Virus record (IMG/VR): IMGVR_UViG_3300022937_000008 | Location: 1 to 64,000 of that record | Length of the DNA stretch: 64,000 nt | From: a virus | Direction: 5' to 3' (one strand) | Part shown: positions 45,421 through 55,143 of the stretch, piece by piece | Layout: each line of letters begins with the position of its first letter | How positions within the stretch are numbered: position 1 is the first letter of the stretch | Notes under the pieces: model-generated | Databases searched by the model: none | The model's input: only the letters and a program-made list of their open reading frames with translations | Told to the model about the DNA's origin: nothing | Program-made: the position numbers and the translations under genes

Positions 45421-45861
45421 TTATCTACGTTTGGTACCTTGATAAAAAATATCTTCTTCACTAACAACTCTAAATCTAACACCTTGTTGTTTACACCATT
45501 TATTAGCAGCTTCCCACTTTGCCATATTTTTTACATATTGTTCTTGATTGTATCTGCTCTTTCCAACATTTTCTCTTAGTGTCTGATTCTTAGGTTTTAC
45601 TTCAACTACTTCTGCGTGTTTCTTTCCATTTTTATCATTATACACTATAAAGAAATCAGGAACATAAATTGTATACTTTCCTGTTAGCGGATCTCTGTAA
45701 GGAATCTTAATACTTTCACTAGCCCATTGAGAAACGCCAGGGTGCTCGTCTAGTAATCTCATAAAAACAGTTTCCCAACTTGATCTTGCAAGAGGTCTTC
45801 TAGTCCCGACATACTTCTCGGGGTTCTTCATGGTAAATCTTCCTTGTGCAAACTTTGGCAT
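45421..45861 (-). CDS. gp4: head completion nuclease (gp4-like, TnsA-type PD-(D/E)xK)
   Basis: NPEKY.G, RSSWE, WASE, YVPDF, EVKP, N.AKWEAA. Confidence 0.9.
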   Translation of the reverse strand: MPKFAQGRFTMKNPEKYVGTRRPLARSSWETVFMRLLDEHPGVSQWASESIKIPYRDPLTGKYTIYVPDFFIVYNDKNGKKHAEVVEVKPKNQTLRENVGKSRYNQEQYVKNMAKWEAANKWCKQQGVRFRVVSEEDIFYQGTKRR

Positions 45862-46238
45862 TACGCCCTCACGTTTCTTTGTTTGCTCACATCAGATAAG
45901 GCTTCTCTGAATCCTAAAGTAGAAATACTAGATCTATTATTGTTTAAAATTTCTGCAACCAAAGCACTTAAATTTAAATTGTCAAATCCTTTAATCTCAT
46001 CTAAGATTTTAAAGATAGGTACTTCTTCGTACTTTGCTTGTTTTAATAAAACTGATGCTGCTGTTGTTGCTGCTGCTCTTTGAAAACCATTCTTTTCAAA
46101 AAAGTTTACCGCTGCATCGACTTCAGTAGGATTATATGATATAGGATCTTCACCATATGTATCAAAAAATAATCTAGATCTTGCAGCACTGTCTTGTACT
46201 TGTTTAGCTGGAAGATTTGAAGTTGTGTTTACTGGCAT
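45861..46238 (-). CDS. hypothetical tail/baseplate-region protein
   Basis: 125 aa in structural operon. Confidence 0.7.
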   Translation of the reverse strand: MPVNTTSNLPAKQVQDSAARSRLFFDTYGEDPISYNPTEVDAAVNFFEKNGFQRAAATTAASVLLKQAKYEEVPIFKILDEIKGFDNLNLSALVAEILNNNRSSISTLGFREALSDVSKQRNVRA

Positions 46239-46241
46239 ATT

Positions 46242-47324
46242 TTATAATCCTTCTGGCACCATATTTTTCGGCGATGCATTTGTGCCTTCGTCGCCTGTAT
46301 TATTCTTAGGAGTAATAATACCTGCAATGCCGCTTACTGTATTAGCAATTTTTTGTGTACCTGCTGGACTTGTTAGAATATTAATTGCTTCTTGTTTAAG
46401 ACTTTCTTTCGATAGTCCTTTAATATTTCTTGCTGTATTAATTGCACCGATTGCTGTAGATAAAAATCCTGCTGGAGAATTAAATGCTGTTCCGTCACCA
46501 ATTGCACCAAACACCTGTTCTAATCCATCAAGCACACCACCTTCTCCAACGAGGTTACTCACGCCGCCACCCGCAACACTTAATGGTGAAGGTGTATTGT
46601 CGTAGTGTAGTGTAGCAAACCCTTTAGGATTGCCTTCGCTTACTGTTCCTGCTGTGTATTGAACTGCTTCATATTGCAATGTCATTTGACTTTCTGCTGG
46701 CTCACTTGATGCAGTATAATCCATACTACCGTGAGACCAAGAAGTAATTTTAGGATTAACTAAAGTATAACCTATAAATCTTCTTCTACCCATAGTATAA
46801 ATTGTTACGCTTTTAAACAACGGTGCAGTAACGTTATTGTCTAAGCCATATCTAAAATGTAAATTTTCTGTTGTTTGTCTGTATGCATTACTTTCCCATG
46901 CAGCATTAGGCAATGCTCTATCTTTAATATAGTATCCATAATATATTGCCCATAACGCTGACACTACACCTTGATTATCATCGTGGAATGTTAAGTTAAC
47001 AGGATCATAGCTAATCATTTTATAAAGAATACGTTTTCTGTTATACTGATTTAAAGTTTCAGTTTCAAATGTAAACTTAGGTAAGTCTGCGGTTTTAACT
47101 AGCAGGCCAAATTCTTCACTATGTTTTTGTGAAAAGTTTGCAGCACCGTGTGCTGACTTATCTATTTCAAATCTAACATAATAGTTAAATTTAGTTTTAG
47201 GGGCTAATCTATATCCGTCGTCAAGGAATAGTCTTGTAGCGTGTTGATAGTTCCCTACAAGTCCTTTAGGATTTGTTAACCCTGAAAAAACATCTGTTAA
47301 AAATCTTGTAAATTTGTTGGCCAT
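46242..47324 (-). CDS. tail-tube-like baseplate protein (gp48/gp54-like)
   Basis: LVKTADLP, NQYNR, YDPVNLTFHDD; adjacent to tube gene. Confidence 0.65.
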   Translation of the reverse strand: MANKFTRFLTDVFSGLTNPKGLVGNYQHATRLFLDDGYRLAPKTKFNYYVRFEIDKSAHGAANFSQKHSEEFGLLVKTADLPKFTFETETLNQYNRKRILYKMISYDPVNLTFHDDNQGVVSALWAIYYGYYIKDRALPNAAWESNAYRQTTENLHFRYGLDNNVTAPLFKSVTIYTMGRRRFIGYTLVNPKITSWSHGSMDYTASSEPAESQMTLQYEAVQYTAGTVSEGNPKGFATLHYDNTPSPLSVAGGGVSNLVGEGGVLDGLEQVFGAIGDGTAFNSPAGFLSTAIGAINTARNIKGLSKESLKQEAINILTSPAGTQKIANTVSGIAGIITPKNNTGDEGTNASPKNMVPEGL

Positions 47325-47340
47325 ACTATTATTTAGCCAT

Positions 47341-47371
47341 AAAAAAAGCCCGGAAAAAATCCGGGCTTTTT
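47341..47371. terminator. bidirectional rho-independent terminator after tail tube gene
   Basis: AAAAGCCCGGA-AAAAA-TCCGGGCTTTT. Confidence 0.85.
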
Positions 47372-47393
47372 AATTCTATTACTAGTACTAGTA

Positions 47394-48035
47394 TTAGCCT
47401 TGAGCAGCAGTAGCACCAGTTGTTGCTTCGCCGAGTGTTCTTTCGACAGCAGCACCAATACCAACTCCAACTCCTTGCTCTCCAGCACCCCATTGTACCA
47501 TGTTATCAAAGCGGATTGTTAGTGCAACCTGCATTGGTTCATTAGTACCATAGTTTGCATCTCCGTAATCAACGTTAGTTAGGAAACAACCGTACATTAC
47601 TTGAGTTTCAAGTACGTTTACACCTGATGGGTTGTTACCATTACCACCGTCTAATACTTCGATCTTAGTAGTAAATTTGTAGTCAATACCTGATCTTGCA
47701 GAAGCCTGTTCAACAAAGTCAAATTGTTTCTGTACCTGTTGACCTACAAGTTTCTGTACTTCTCCACTTGCATCGTCACGTAAGTTTAGAGCTAATGTCT
47801 CAAATGTATACTTACCTGCAAGGTATACACGTGAGTTGTAAATCTCTAACGGCATTTCTTCAAAACCAACTTTTGGTCTTGAAACATCAACAACTTGTTT
47901 TGTTAACTCAGTTGCAGCAGTAACTCCAAATCCTAATAAAGTAACGCGGAAGCGATACTTTAATTTAGGCATCAAGAGCACTTGGTTGCCTGCGTCTGTT
48001 GGTACTGAGAAGTTATTAAGTGATGTAATAGGCAT
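47394..48035 (-). CDS. gp19: tail tube protein
   Basis: YRFRV, SRPKV, YLAGK, LRDD, YGCF; directly after sheath. Confidence 0.88.
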   Translation of the reverse strand: MPITSLNNFSVPTDAGNQVLLMPKLKYRFRVTLLGFGVTAATELTKQVVDVSRPKVGFEEMPLEIYNSRVYLAGKYTFETLALNLRDDASGEVQKLVGQQVQKQFDFVEQASARSGIDYKFTTKIEVLDGGNGNNPSGVNVLETQVMYGCFLTNVDYGDANYGTNEPMQVALTIRFDNMVQWGAGEQGVGVGIGAAVERTLGEATTGATAAQG

Positions 48036-48037
48036 GA

Positions 48038-51000
48038 TTAAATTTCTCCTGTGTTCTTGACACGCAATGGAATGTAGATGAATTCAATCGCCTTAACTGG
48101 TTCAATCGCAATATCAACATATAGTTCGTTGCGGTCGATTCTAGCAGGAGTATTATTTGTTTCATCACACACTACCGCGAAATCATACAGAGCTCTCAAA
48201 CCAACCAACTCAAGTAGTAATGATTCTACCGCTTGTTTGATTTCGTCTCTTGTGATTTTATCATTTGGTTCAAAAATGTAAGGACGAGCCAATTTATTAA
48301 GCTGACTACGTAAGTACACTACCAAACGTGCTACGTTAATTCTATCTAGTGCAGAAGCATTTCTACCTCTAGTTTTCTGACCGTAGTTAACTAAACCAAC
48401 ACCATTAAAGAATGTAATTGGATTAATCTTTAGGTCATATAACGTATCTCTTTGTCCTTCATTAAGTGCAACAGTTTGGAATTCGCCAGTTGCAGCATCA
48501 ATGTATCCTACTGCTGTAGCGTTTGAAATTCCACCACGTCTTGTACCTGCTGGTGCAAACCATGGATAAGCAACTTGGTCACTTAGTGCAACTGTTCTCA
48601 TCATCATGTGTGTAGCAGGAACAACTGCGTTTGCTCCACCTAAATCAGTTGTAAATCCGTTTGGATAAAACACTGCCAAGTATTCGTCGAATGTAACAAG
48701 ACCATCGTCACTGTTATCTACAACAAGGTTAGCATTTGAACCGTAGTTGGTCAATGAAGTAGCATTTGCTGGAAGTCTTAAAGGTGTGTCACCTAATACA
48801 AATGCTGTTAAACCTCTGTCAATGTTTAGGTTAACAAGGTTTGACATTACTTCAGTGTATCCTGGAGCAGCAATAATGTTGAAGTTTCTACGTTCTTCAT
48901 CTCTAATCTGCTCACTTGTATCAATTACAGATTTCATAGCCTGTACTACAACCATACGCTGTGCTTTACGTCCGAAGCTACCTGAACCATCTTCTTGGTT
49001 GCCTGACTGTGTTACCCAACGATCAGTTGCATAACCACTCATTGCTTCGTCGCCGTTGCGTGGGTTGTCTGCTGTTACATCAATGTAGTTGTTAGCATAA
49101 CGTTTAACGTTACCGCCACTTCTACGTAAGTTCCATAACAACATTCCTTTCGGATATAGTGCTGGATCTGGAGCATCTGGGTCTAGGTAATTGTTTGTAA
49201 GCAAGTCTTTGATAGTTGCCTCTGTATTACCTGTTGCACCTGATAAACCATAACGTGCATCAGCAAAAAGAACGCCTTCTTCTGTTGTTTGATCAGTTTT
49301 ATCTAACTGTACCCATTCTAGTAATAAACCATTCCAACGATAAATTGTTGGGAAGTTTTCTAGATCAGCTGTTGAAATCCAAAGATCTCCATCAACTAGT
49401 GCAGTACCGTCGCTTTGTCCTGTTGTAGCACTTGGTGCTGTTGCAGAAACAATTGGACCTGCTGGACTTGCACTTGCGTAAACATTATGATATCCAACCC
49501 AATCACTGCCATTATGTACCATAATGTCAACTTCACTAAATTCTGGGTTGTACCATAATTGTCCATCAGCTGGTTCATTTTCTGGATTATTTGAACTTGC
49601 TTTAAAGTCTGCTGCTGCAAGTGGTTGCCAGTTAGAAGCAACATAATCTTCATCTGCACCTGATGGAGCAGTGTAGAAGTTAGATGTTCCAATTAAAGTA
49701 TTAATACTAAATGGTGTAAACACTCCACCGATTGGTGTGTTTGTACCGTCAGTAATTCTAAAGTCGCCGCCTAAGTTGTGTGAAATAACAACTTCGTTGT
49801 CAGCTGTAATAGAAGCTTGAATGTTTGTAAATCCTGCGGAGTTAACAGCATTTGCCATTAATTCAGCATCATCTGCATTACCAGCAGCAGTAAAGGATAC
49901 TTCAACACCTGCGTTTAGTGTTGCTGAAGTTTTTACTGATTCAGCAATTGTAAAAGTGTTTGATCCTACTGTAAATGAGCTACTTGTAATTTCATCTGAA
50001 GTAATTGATGTTGCTTCAGTTGCATTACGTCTCCACACTCTAAACGTTGCTGTTGCAGGAGTTGTATCATTGTTGCTGTTTTCGTTTGCATTTGATTGTA
50101 CAAACAATGTATCAGCTGCAATGTTAACACCGCCACCGCTTCTATCTAATGTGTAAGTTGCTGTGCTACCGTTAGCATAAATCGGAGCATCAACTGCGCC
50201 CCATGATTTAGTAGCACTTGACCACTGATATGCTCTCCATCTTGCACCATTGTTAGGTTCTGTAGTTTTAATCCATACAGAGCCTGTTGGGCGTGGTTCG
50301 CTATCATCTACTTTCCATTCTGGAACAGATGTGTGTGCTGACTGTTGCAATGCTGGACCATAGTATGTTGCTTTTGCAATACCTAGTGCATCAAAGTCCA
50401 TGTTTGGTAAAGTATTACCGTCACCAATAACAATTGCATTAGCAAGTGAACTATCACCTACTGCATCGTCTAATGTGCCATCGCTGTAAAGATAAAGTTT
50501 ACCGCTAACGTTTCTAGCAACAACACCTTGTGTTGCTGTAATAGCACCGTTAATTGCTGTAACTAAGTCATCTAATGTACCTGTTACTTCAAAGTCTGTT
50601 CCGTTAATTGTAAAGTGGCCTGATGTTGCTGTAAATGTTGAGCCTTGTACTGTTGGATTACTAGCAGTCCAATCGTTACTACCTACTAATACCCAACTTC
50701 CTGAAGTTACTGTTGAACCGTTACCAGATGATTTATAGTAAATTCTAGCTGTTTCTTTTGAAGCAGTAAATGATCCACTTCCGTCAACAGTTTCAAAAAC
50801 TACTGCATATTCGCCGATTGCACCAACTGACCCTTTTGGCACTCCGTTGTCAATTTTGGTTGTATCGTCATCTGTTAAAACTATTGGTGTTTTTGCAGCA
50901 AACTTTTGTCCACCGCTTGTTGTTACTGCTGCACCGTTCCATTCTTGAATACCGAATGTAGTGCCTCTAGTATCAATCCACCAAGTTCCATTGTCAGGAT

Positions 51001-51385
51001 CCGCTCCCGGAGCCTCTGATGTACCTGCTAGTTGTGATAAGTCTACATCGGCTCTAGTTACAAACGCTGCGTTAGAAACACCTAGCAAACTATATGCTGC
51101 TAGAAGTCCGTATTCATTTAATTCGCTACCGTGAATCGGTGTATTACTTGCTGTCTTTTCAAAGTTTGGTACTCCAAAAAGATCTACTAATTCTTTCTGT
51201 GAAGTTACTTTAAATGCTGATCCAGCATTTGCTTTAGTTGTTGCCGCTGCTGTGCCTGTGCCTGCGGCGTTTTGTTTATCTTGTGCAGTTGCTACAATAA
51301 TAAGTGGAGTTGTCCCTGGTTCTGCCGGGGTATAAAAACTCTCATCAATTACCGTAACTTCTACTCCTGGTGATTGTAGTGCCAT
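48038..51385 (-). CDS. gp18: contractile tail sheath protein, enlarged
   Basis: SPGVEVTVIDES, WFAPAG..RG, INPI, YGQKT, DRINVARL, FEPND, EFIYIP. Confidence 0.97.
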   Translation of the reverse strand: MALQSPGVEVTVIDESFYTPAEPGTTPLIIVATAQDKQNAAGTGTAAATTKANAGSAFKVTSQKELVDLFGVPNFEKTASNTPIHGSELNEYGLLAAYSLLGVSNAAFVTRADVDLSQLAGTSEAPGADPDNGTWWIDTRGTTFGIQEWNGAAVTTSGGQKFAAKTPIVLTDDDTTKIDNGVPKGSVGAIGEYAVVFETVDGSGSFTASKETARIYYKSSGNGSTVTSGSWVLVGSNDWTASNPTVQGSTFTATSGHFTINGTDFEVTGTLDDLVTAINGAITATQGVVARNVSGKLYLYSDGTLDDAVGDSSLANAIVIGDGNTLPNMDFDALGIAKATYYGPALQQSAHTSVPEWKVDDSEPRPTGSVWIKTTEPNNGARWRAYQWSSATKSWGAVDAPIYANGSTATYTLDRSGGGVNIAADTLFVQSNANENSNNDTTPATATFRVWRRNATEATSITSDEITSSSFTVGSNTFTIAESVKTSATLNAGVEVSFTAAGNADDAELMANAVNSAGFTNIQASITADNEVVISHNLGGDFRITDGTNTPIGGVFTPFSINTLIGTSNFYTAPSGADEDYVASNWQPLAAADFKASSNNPENEPADGQLWYNPEFSEVDIMVHNGSDWVGYHNVYASASPAGPIVSATAPSATTGQSDGTALVDGDLWISTADLENFPTIYRWNGLLLEWVQLDKTDQTTEEGVLFADARYGLSGATGNTEATIKDLLTNNYLDPDAPDPALYPKGMLLWNLRRSGGNVKRYANNYIDVTADNPRNGDEAMSGYATDRWVTQSGNQEDGSGSFGRKAQRMVVVQAMKSVIDTSEQIRDEERRNFNIIAAPGYTEVMSNLVNLNIDRGLTAFVLGDTPLRLPANATSLTNYGSNANLVVDNSDDGLVTFDEYLAVFYPNGFTTDLGGANAVVPATHMMMRTVALSDQVAYPWFAPAGTRRGGISNATAVGYIDAATGEFQTVALNEGQRDTLYDLKINPITFFNGVGLVNYGQKTRGRNASALDRINVARLVVYLRSQLNKLARPYIFEPNDKITRDEIKQAVESLLLELVGLRALYDFAVVCDETNNTPARIDRNELYVDIAIEPVKAIEFIYIPLRVKNTGEI

Positions 51386-51510
51386 TCTAATCTCTCCTGG
51401 TAATGTTAAAAGTTCATTACGTAACTTATGCTAATGTATTTAGCGTAATCTTTTAAAAATGGTGCTTTAAGGTGCATATATAAAGGGATTGAAAAGGTGT
51501 AAATAACATT

Positions 51511-51849
51511 ATGAGACCACTATGTAAAGGGTGCAATAAACGCCCACGTGCAGTTAATTATAAGAAAGGTACTAAAACGTACTATCGCAAACTATGCGAA
51601 GGATGTTTAAAGTACGGCACTAACTATGGTATCACTATGTGGGAACAGTCAGGGTACAAGAAGAAGAAATCTTGCGACAAGTGCGGTTTTAAATCAACAC
51701 ACGATGACATATTCAAGGTATTCCATGTAGATGGAAACTTGAACAATTGTAGACCAACTAATTTAAAAACAGTGTGCTCGAACTGTGCTGTAATAATATC
51801 AAAAGAAAATGTTACTTGGAAGCAAGGGGATCTTGTAGCAGATTTTTAA
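51511..51849 (+). CDS. HNH-like zinc-finger protein
   Basis: Multiple CxxC; HVDGNLNN...NLKTVCSNC. Confidence 0.75.
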   Translation: MRPLCKGCNKRPRAVNYKKGTKTYYRKLCEGCLKYGTNYGITMWEQSGYKKKKSCDKCGFKSTHDDIFKVFHVDGNLNNCRPTNLKTVCSNCAVIISKENVTWKQGDLVADF

Positions 51850-52444
51850 CCTTATCGTACATCTCTTGAATAGTTCCGTCATTGTCTATTTCATGATCAA
51901 ACTCAGTACCTACCCAAGCCCATTCTGAAGCATGGATTCCGAGTTGCTTCATAGCATTCATTGAAACATTAATACCAGCATTCGCTCTTTTAGCATCTTC
52001 GTACCAAGGAGGAAGATCACCTCTTTTAACCCAAATTATAGTGCCGCCGGCTTGTTTAATACTCTTAATTTCGTTAGGAAATCTACAGTCGGAGATTACA
52101 ATGTTATCTTCGCTTTTTCGTAATTTGTTTTCTAAACTAGCAATCCAAATATCATCATGAAAGTTTTTACGTGCTACTTCTGTACCCCAATACTGCAATA
52201 CCCATCTCGGTGTAAGTGTAGGCATATGTAATCTATCTGCCCACCATTTGTCTACCTTTTCACGCCAAGCTCTTGCTTCTTTTGAACGTCCTTCTAATAG
52301 ATCTCTATCCCAACCAAATACAGCCGCCACTGCATCTTTAAGAGTATTGGCATAGCTCTCTCGTCTAAACTCGTGGAAATTAACAAGATAGTCCGCAACT
52401 GTATCTTTGCCAGAACCGATAAATCCACAAACACCGATAATCAT
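51812..52444 (-). CDS. gp1: deoxynucleoside monophosphate kinase
   Basis: G..GSGKDT, PRWVLQ.WGTE, ISDCRF.NE, HASE. Confidence 0.92.
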   Translation of the reverse strand: MIIGVCGFIGSGKDTVADYLVNFHEFRRESYANTLKDAVAAVFGWDRDLLEGRSKEARAWREKVDKWWADRLHMPTLTPRWVLQYWGTEVARKNFHDDIWIASLENKLRKSEDNIVISDCRFPNEIKSIKQAGGTIIWVKRGDLPPWYEDAKRANAGINVSMNAMKQLGIHASEWAWVGTEFDHEIDNDGTIQEMYDKVKNLLQDPLASK

Positions 52445-52471
52445 AATAAAACTCTCCTTAGTATGAGTATT

Positions 52472-52500
52472 ATTATAACTGCTTATTTGCTAAATGTCAA
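52472..52500 (-). promoter_or_regulatory. sigma70 promoter of dNMP kinase
   Basis: TTGACA-N17-TATAAT with AAGGAG SD. Confidence 0.85.
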
Positions 52501-52503
52501 GTG

Positions 52504-52842
52504 TTAATAATAAGGTTTTGGCTGACCAGCTTTGCCCGTATTGAGTTTACGAGCCAATACACTTGCTGTATTGATTGCTTTTGTACGCTGTTGACGTCTT
52601 GCTTGTGTAGGTGCTGTTCTAGCACGAGTACGCTTCATACGTTGTGCTTTAGCAACATCGTATTGCTGTACACATTTGGAAGGATGACTTACTTGTCTAC
52701 CTGCTCTTGGTCCTGTTGAACAACGAAAACGCAGTTTGGTTTGTCCGCCACGCTGATTGTGTTTACCAACACCCCAAACCATTTTAGCGACTTCGGTGTA
52801 CATTTGTTCATGTTCTTCTGTGATGAAATCTGATGCTTTCAT
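52504..52842 (-). CDS. basic hypothetical protein, possible head internal protein
   Basis: MKASDFITEE start; FRCSTGPRAGR.V..P..C. Confidence 0.7.
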   Translation of the reverse strand: MKASDFITEEHEQMYTEVAKMVWGVGKHNQRGGQTKLRFRCSTGPRAGRQVSHPSKCVQQYDVAKAQRMKRTRARTAPTQARRQQRTKAINTASVLARKLNTGKAGQPKPYY

Positions 52843-53600
52843 TATCCAATAATCCAACTGTATCCTTGGCCGCCTGGAACTTGTGTTACCAATTCGGCTG
52901 TTAATCTATCAATATCTGCAAATCCTTCTTGTTTCATAGAAGCACCATTAAGAGCTGTGCCTCCTTGTGGACCTGCAATACTTGCAAACTTTTCTCTTGC
53001 TTGTCCTAACATAACTTTACAGTTTGCAAGAGTATAATCTCTAACCCACTGACTTGCATATACATCTTGTAAAATAACAAAGTCGGGTTTATTGTTGTAG
53101 CACCAAAGCAATACATTTTCATCTGCTCTCGGTCTCTGCATAATTGTTAATTTTTTGCTTTGCGGATGCCATGTAAAGTTGATAAATGAACCAAACATCT
53201 TTCCAACAAGTTCTTGATATTGTGCAAACAATTCATATGTTGCTAGTCCGCCCATATTAGTGGAACTTAACAAATAGGTATTTGTGTAAGCGAGGTTAAA
53301 TGGTTCAAACACTGTACCACCGGTTCCGCCGCCTGTGCGTGACCCTACAGATCTTCTATAAATCTGTCTAACTTGCTGTATTTCGTCTGGTAAGATATAT
53401 TCGTTTTTGTCTACTTCTAATGCAAGAGTAATATAACTTTCTTCGACAGCATTGTCGGATCTTTGCTTAAAAACTCCAAGTGCTTTAGATAATGCAGTTT
53501 CGTAGTGTATAGGATCGAGCTCAACGTCGATCATGCCATCGCCGAGAAACGCTTTACAATAATCAAAAACTTTCTGTTTTTCTTGTTCAATTTGGCTCAT
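52842..53600 (-). CDS. gp13: neck protein (gp13-like)
   Basis: LGDGMIDVELD, W..DY.LA..K..LG..R.KF, PQGG..LNG. Confidence 0.85.
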   Translation of the reverse strand: MSQIEQEKQKVFDYCKAFLGDGMIDVELDPIHYETALSKALGVFKQRSDNAVEESYITLALEVDKNEYILPDEIQQVRQIYRRSVGSRTGGGTGGTVFEPFNLAYTNTYLLSSTNMGGLATYELFAQYQELVGKMFGSFINFTWHPQSKKLTIMQRPRADENVLLWCYNNKPDFVILQDVYASQWVRDYTLANCKVMLGQAREKFASIAGPQGGTALNGASMKQEGFADIDRLTAELVTQVPGGQGYSWIIG

Positions 53601-53644
53601 ATAACTATTTATGCCTTAAGCTAGAAACGGTAAATAAGTATACT

Positions 53645-54964
53645 ATGCCAAGATTAAGTTTATATCGTCCAGAAAAGGGCAAAGATTACAGTTTCATTGA
53701 CAAAACTATTTGGGAAATGTTCCAGGTGGGTGGTACTGATATCTACCTACACAAATACCTAGGGTCAGGTGCTGCAATACAGGGTGATACACCTAGTACA
53801 CCTGCATATTCTACTTTAGATCCTACGAATATACAAGATATGCTATTTCTGGAAAACAGAGACAGAAAATATGACTCTGATGTCCATGTTATGCGTGGTG
53901 TTTACAATGTTCAAGATATAGATTTCAATCTTAGTCAATTTGGTTTATTTCTACAAAACGATGTATTGTTTATTACCTTTCATATTAACGATACTATTGA
54001 GCGTTTAGGAAGAAGAATTATATCAGGCGATGTTATAGAATTGCCTCACTTAAAAGATTACAATGCAACAAACAATTTACAATTTGCTTTAAAAAGATTT
54101 TATGTTGTAGAAGATGTTAACAGAGCAGCAGAAGGTTTTTCAGTAACTTGGTATCCTCATTTATATCGTGCAAAATGTAAACCACTAGTTGATTCACAAG
54201 AATTCAAAGATATACTTGATCAAATTGCTAATCAAGAAGGTTTCAAAGGCGAGTTCAATCAAGGCAACACATACTATCCGGGAGATGTTGTTTCATATAA
54301 CAATGAGAAGTACGAAGCAACTTGCGAGACAACAGATGCTCCTCCAGGAGAATGTTGGAAACTTGCTGACACACTTAAAGACATCATGTCTACATACGAA
54401 AAAGAAATGCAAATTACACAGGCAGTTCTTGATCAAGCAGAAGCCGATACACCTCAAAGTGGATATGATACAACTAAACTGTTTACGCTACAAAGAACAG
54501 AAGATGGCAAACCTGAATTAGTATCAGCAGATGATACTATTAATGATGCAGATATTGATACAATCACTGCTGATACGGTATATGCTAATGCTGAAGCTAA
54601 TGGATATGCAGGTTACATACTAGGCGACGGACTTCCACCTAATGGTGCTCCGTTTACACAAGGCATAGCGTTCCCATTGGGAGCATCAGAAGGGCAGTAT
54701 CATCTTAGAACTGATTATAAACCAACAAGATTGTTTATCTATAGAAAAAATAGATGGGCTAAAGTAGAGGATGATGTGAGAACAAATATTACAAATCTAA
54801 GTGACAACGATGTTGCAGTAGGTGCTGACTTCGCAGGAAAAGTTACTAGAGAAACACAAAAAACTTCGTTTATTAATAACAACAACGAACAGGTCATCGA
54901 CGGACAAACTGTTAAAGAAAAACAAAGTCTATCTAAAGCACTTAGACCGGAGGCAGATAATTAA
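53645..54964 (+). CDS. gp14: neck protein (gp14-like) with carbohydrate-binding-like insertion
   Basis: LSQFGL, GDVIELPH, FYVVEDV; divergent from gp13. Confidence 0.7.
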   Translation: MPRLSLYRPEKGKDYSFIDKTIWEMFQVGGTDIYLHKYLGSGAAIQGDTPSTPAYSTLDPTNIQDMLFLENRDRKYDSDVHVMRGVYNVQDIDFNLSQFGLFLQNDVLFITFHINDTIERLGRRIISGDVIELPHLKDYNATNNLQFALKRFYVVEDVNRAAEGFSVTWYPHLYRAKCKPLVDSQEFKDILDQIANQEGFKGEFNQGNTYYPGDVVSYNNEKYEATCETTDAPPGECWKLADTLKDIMSTYEKEMQITQAVLDQAEADTPQSGYDTTKLFTLQRTEDGKPELVSADDTINDADIDTITADTVYANAEANGYAGYILGDGLPPNGAPFTQGIAFPLGASEGQYHLRTDYKPTRLFIYRKNRWAKVEDDVRTNITNLSDNDVAVGADFAGKVTRETQKTSFINNNNEQVIDGQTVKEKQSLSKALRPEADN

Positions 54965-55143
54965 TGCGTATTGAAGAAATATTTGGTTTTACAACTAGTC
55001 GTCCAAAAAAAGTTTCGATAAAAAGACGTCCACAAAAAGACGATGACGAACCTCTTGCAATTAAATTACAGCAAAGAAGAGCCGCTGCGGCAAAAGGTGA
55101 TAAAACAGCGTTTACACACGATTTCAAAAAGGCAAGTAAGTAA
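54964..55143 (+). CDS. small basic protein (59 aa; not in ORF track)
   Basis: MRIEEIFGFTTSRPKK...FKKASK; coupled at both ends by TAATG. Confidence 0.7.
   Translation: MRIEEIFGFTTSRPKKVSIKRRPQKDDDEPLAIKLQQRRAAAAKGDKTAFTHDFKKASK

Noticed and set aside
51511-51849. HNH protein as a mobile homing endonuclease or intron
   Set aside because: Free-standing and short, with no interrupted gene or intron structure visible
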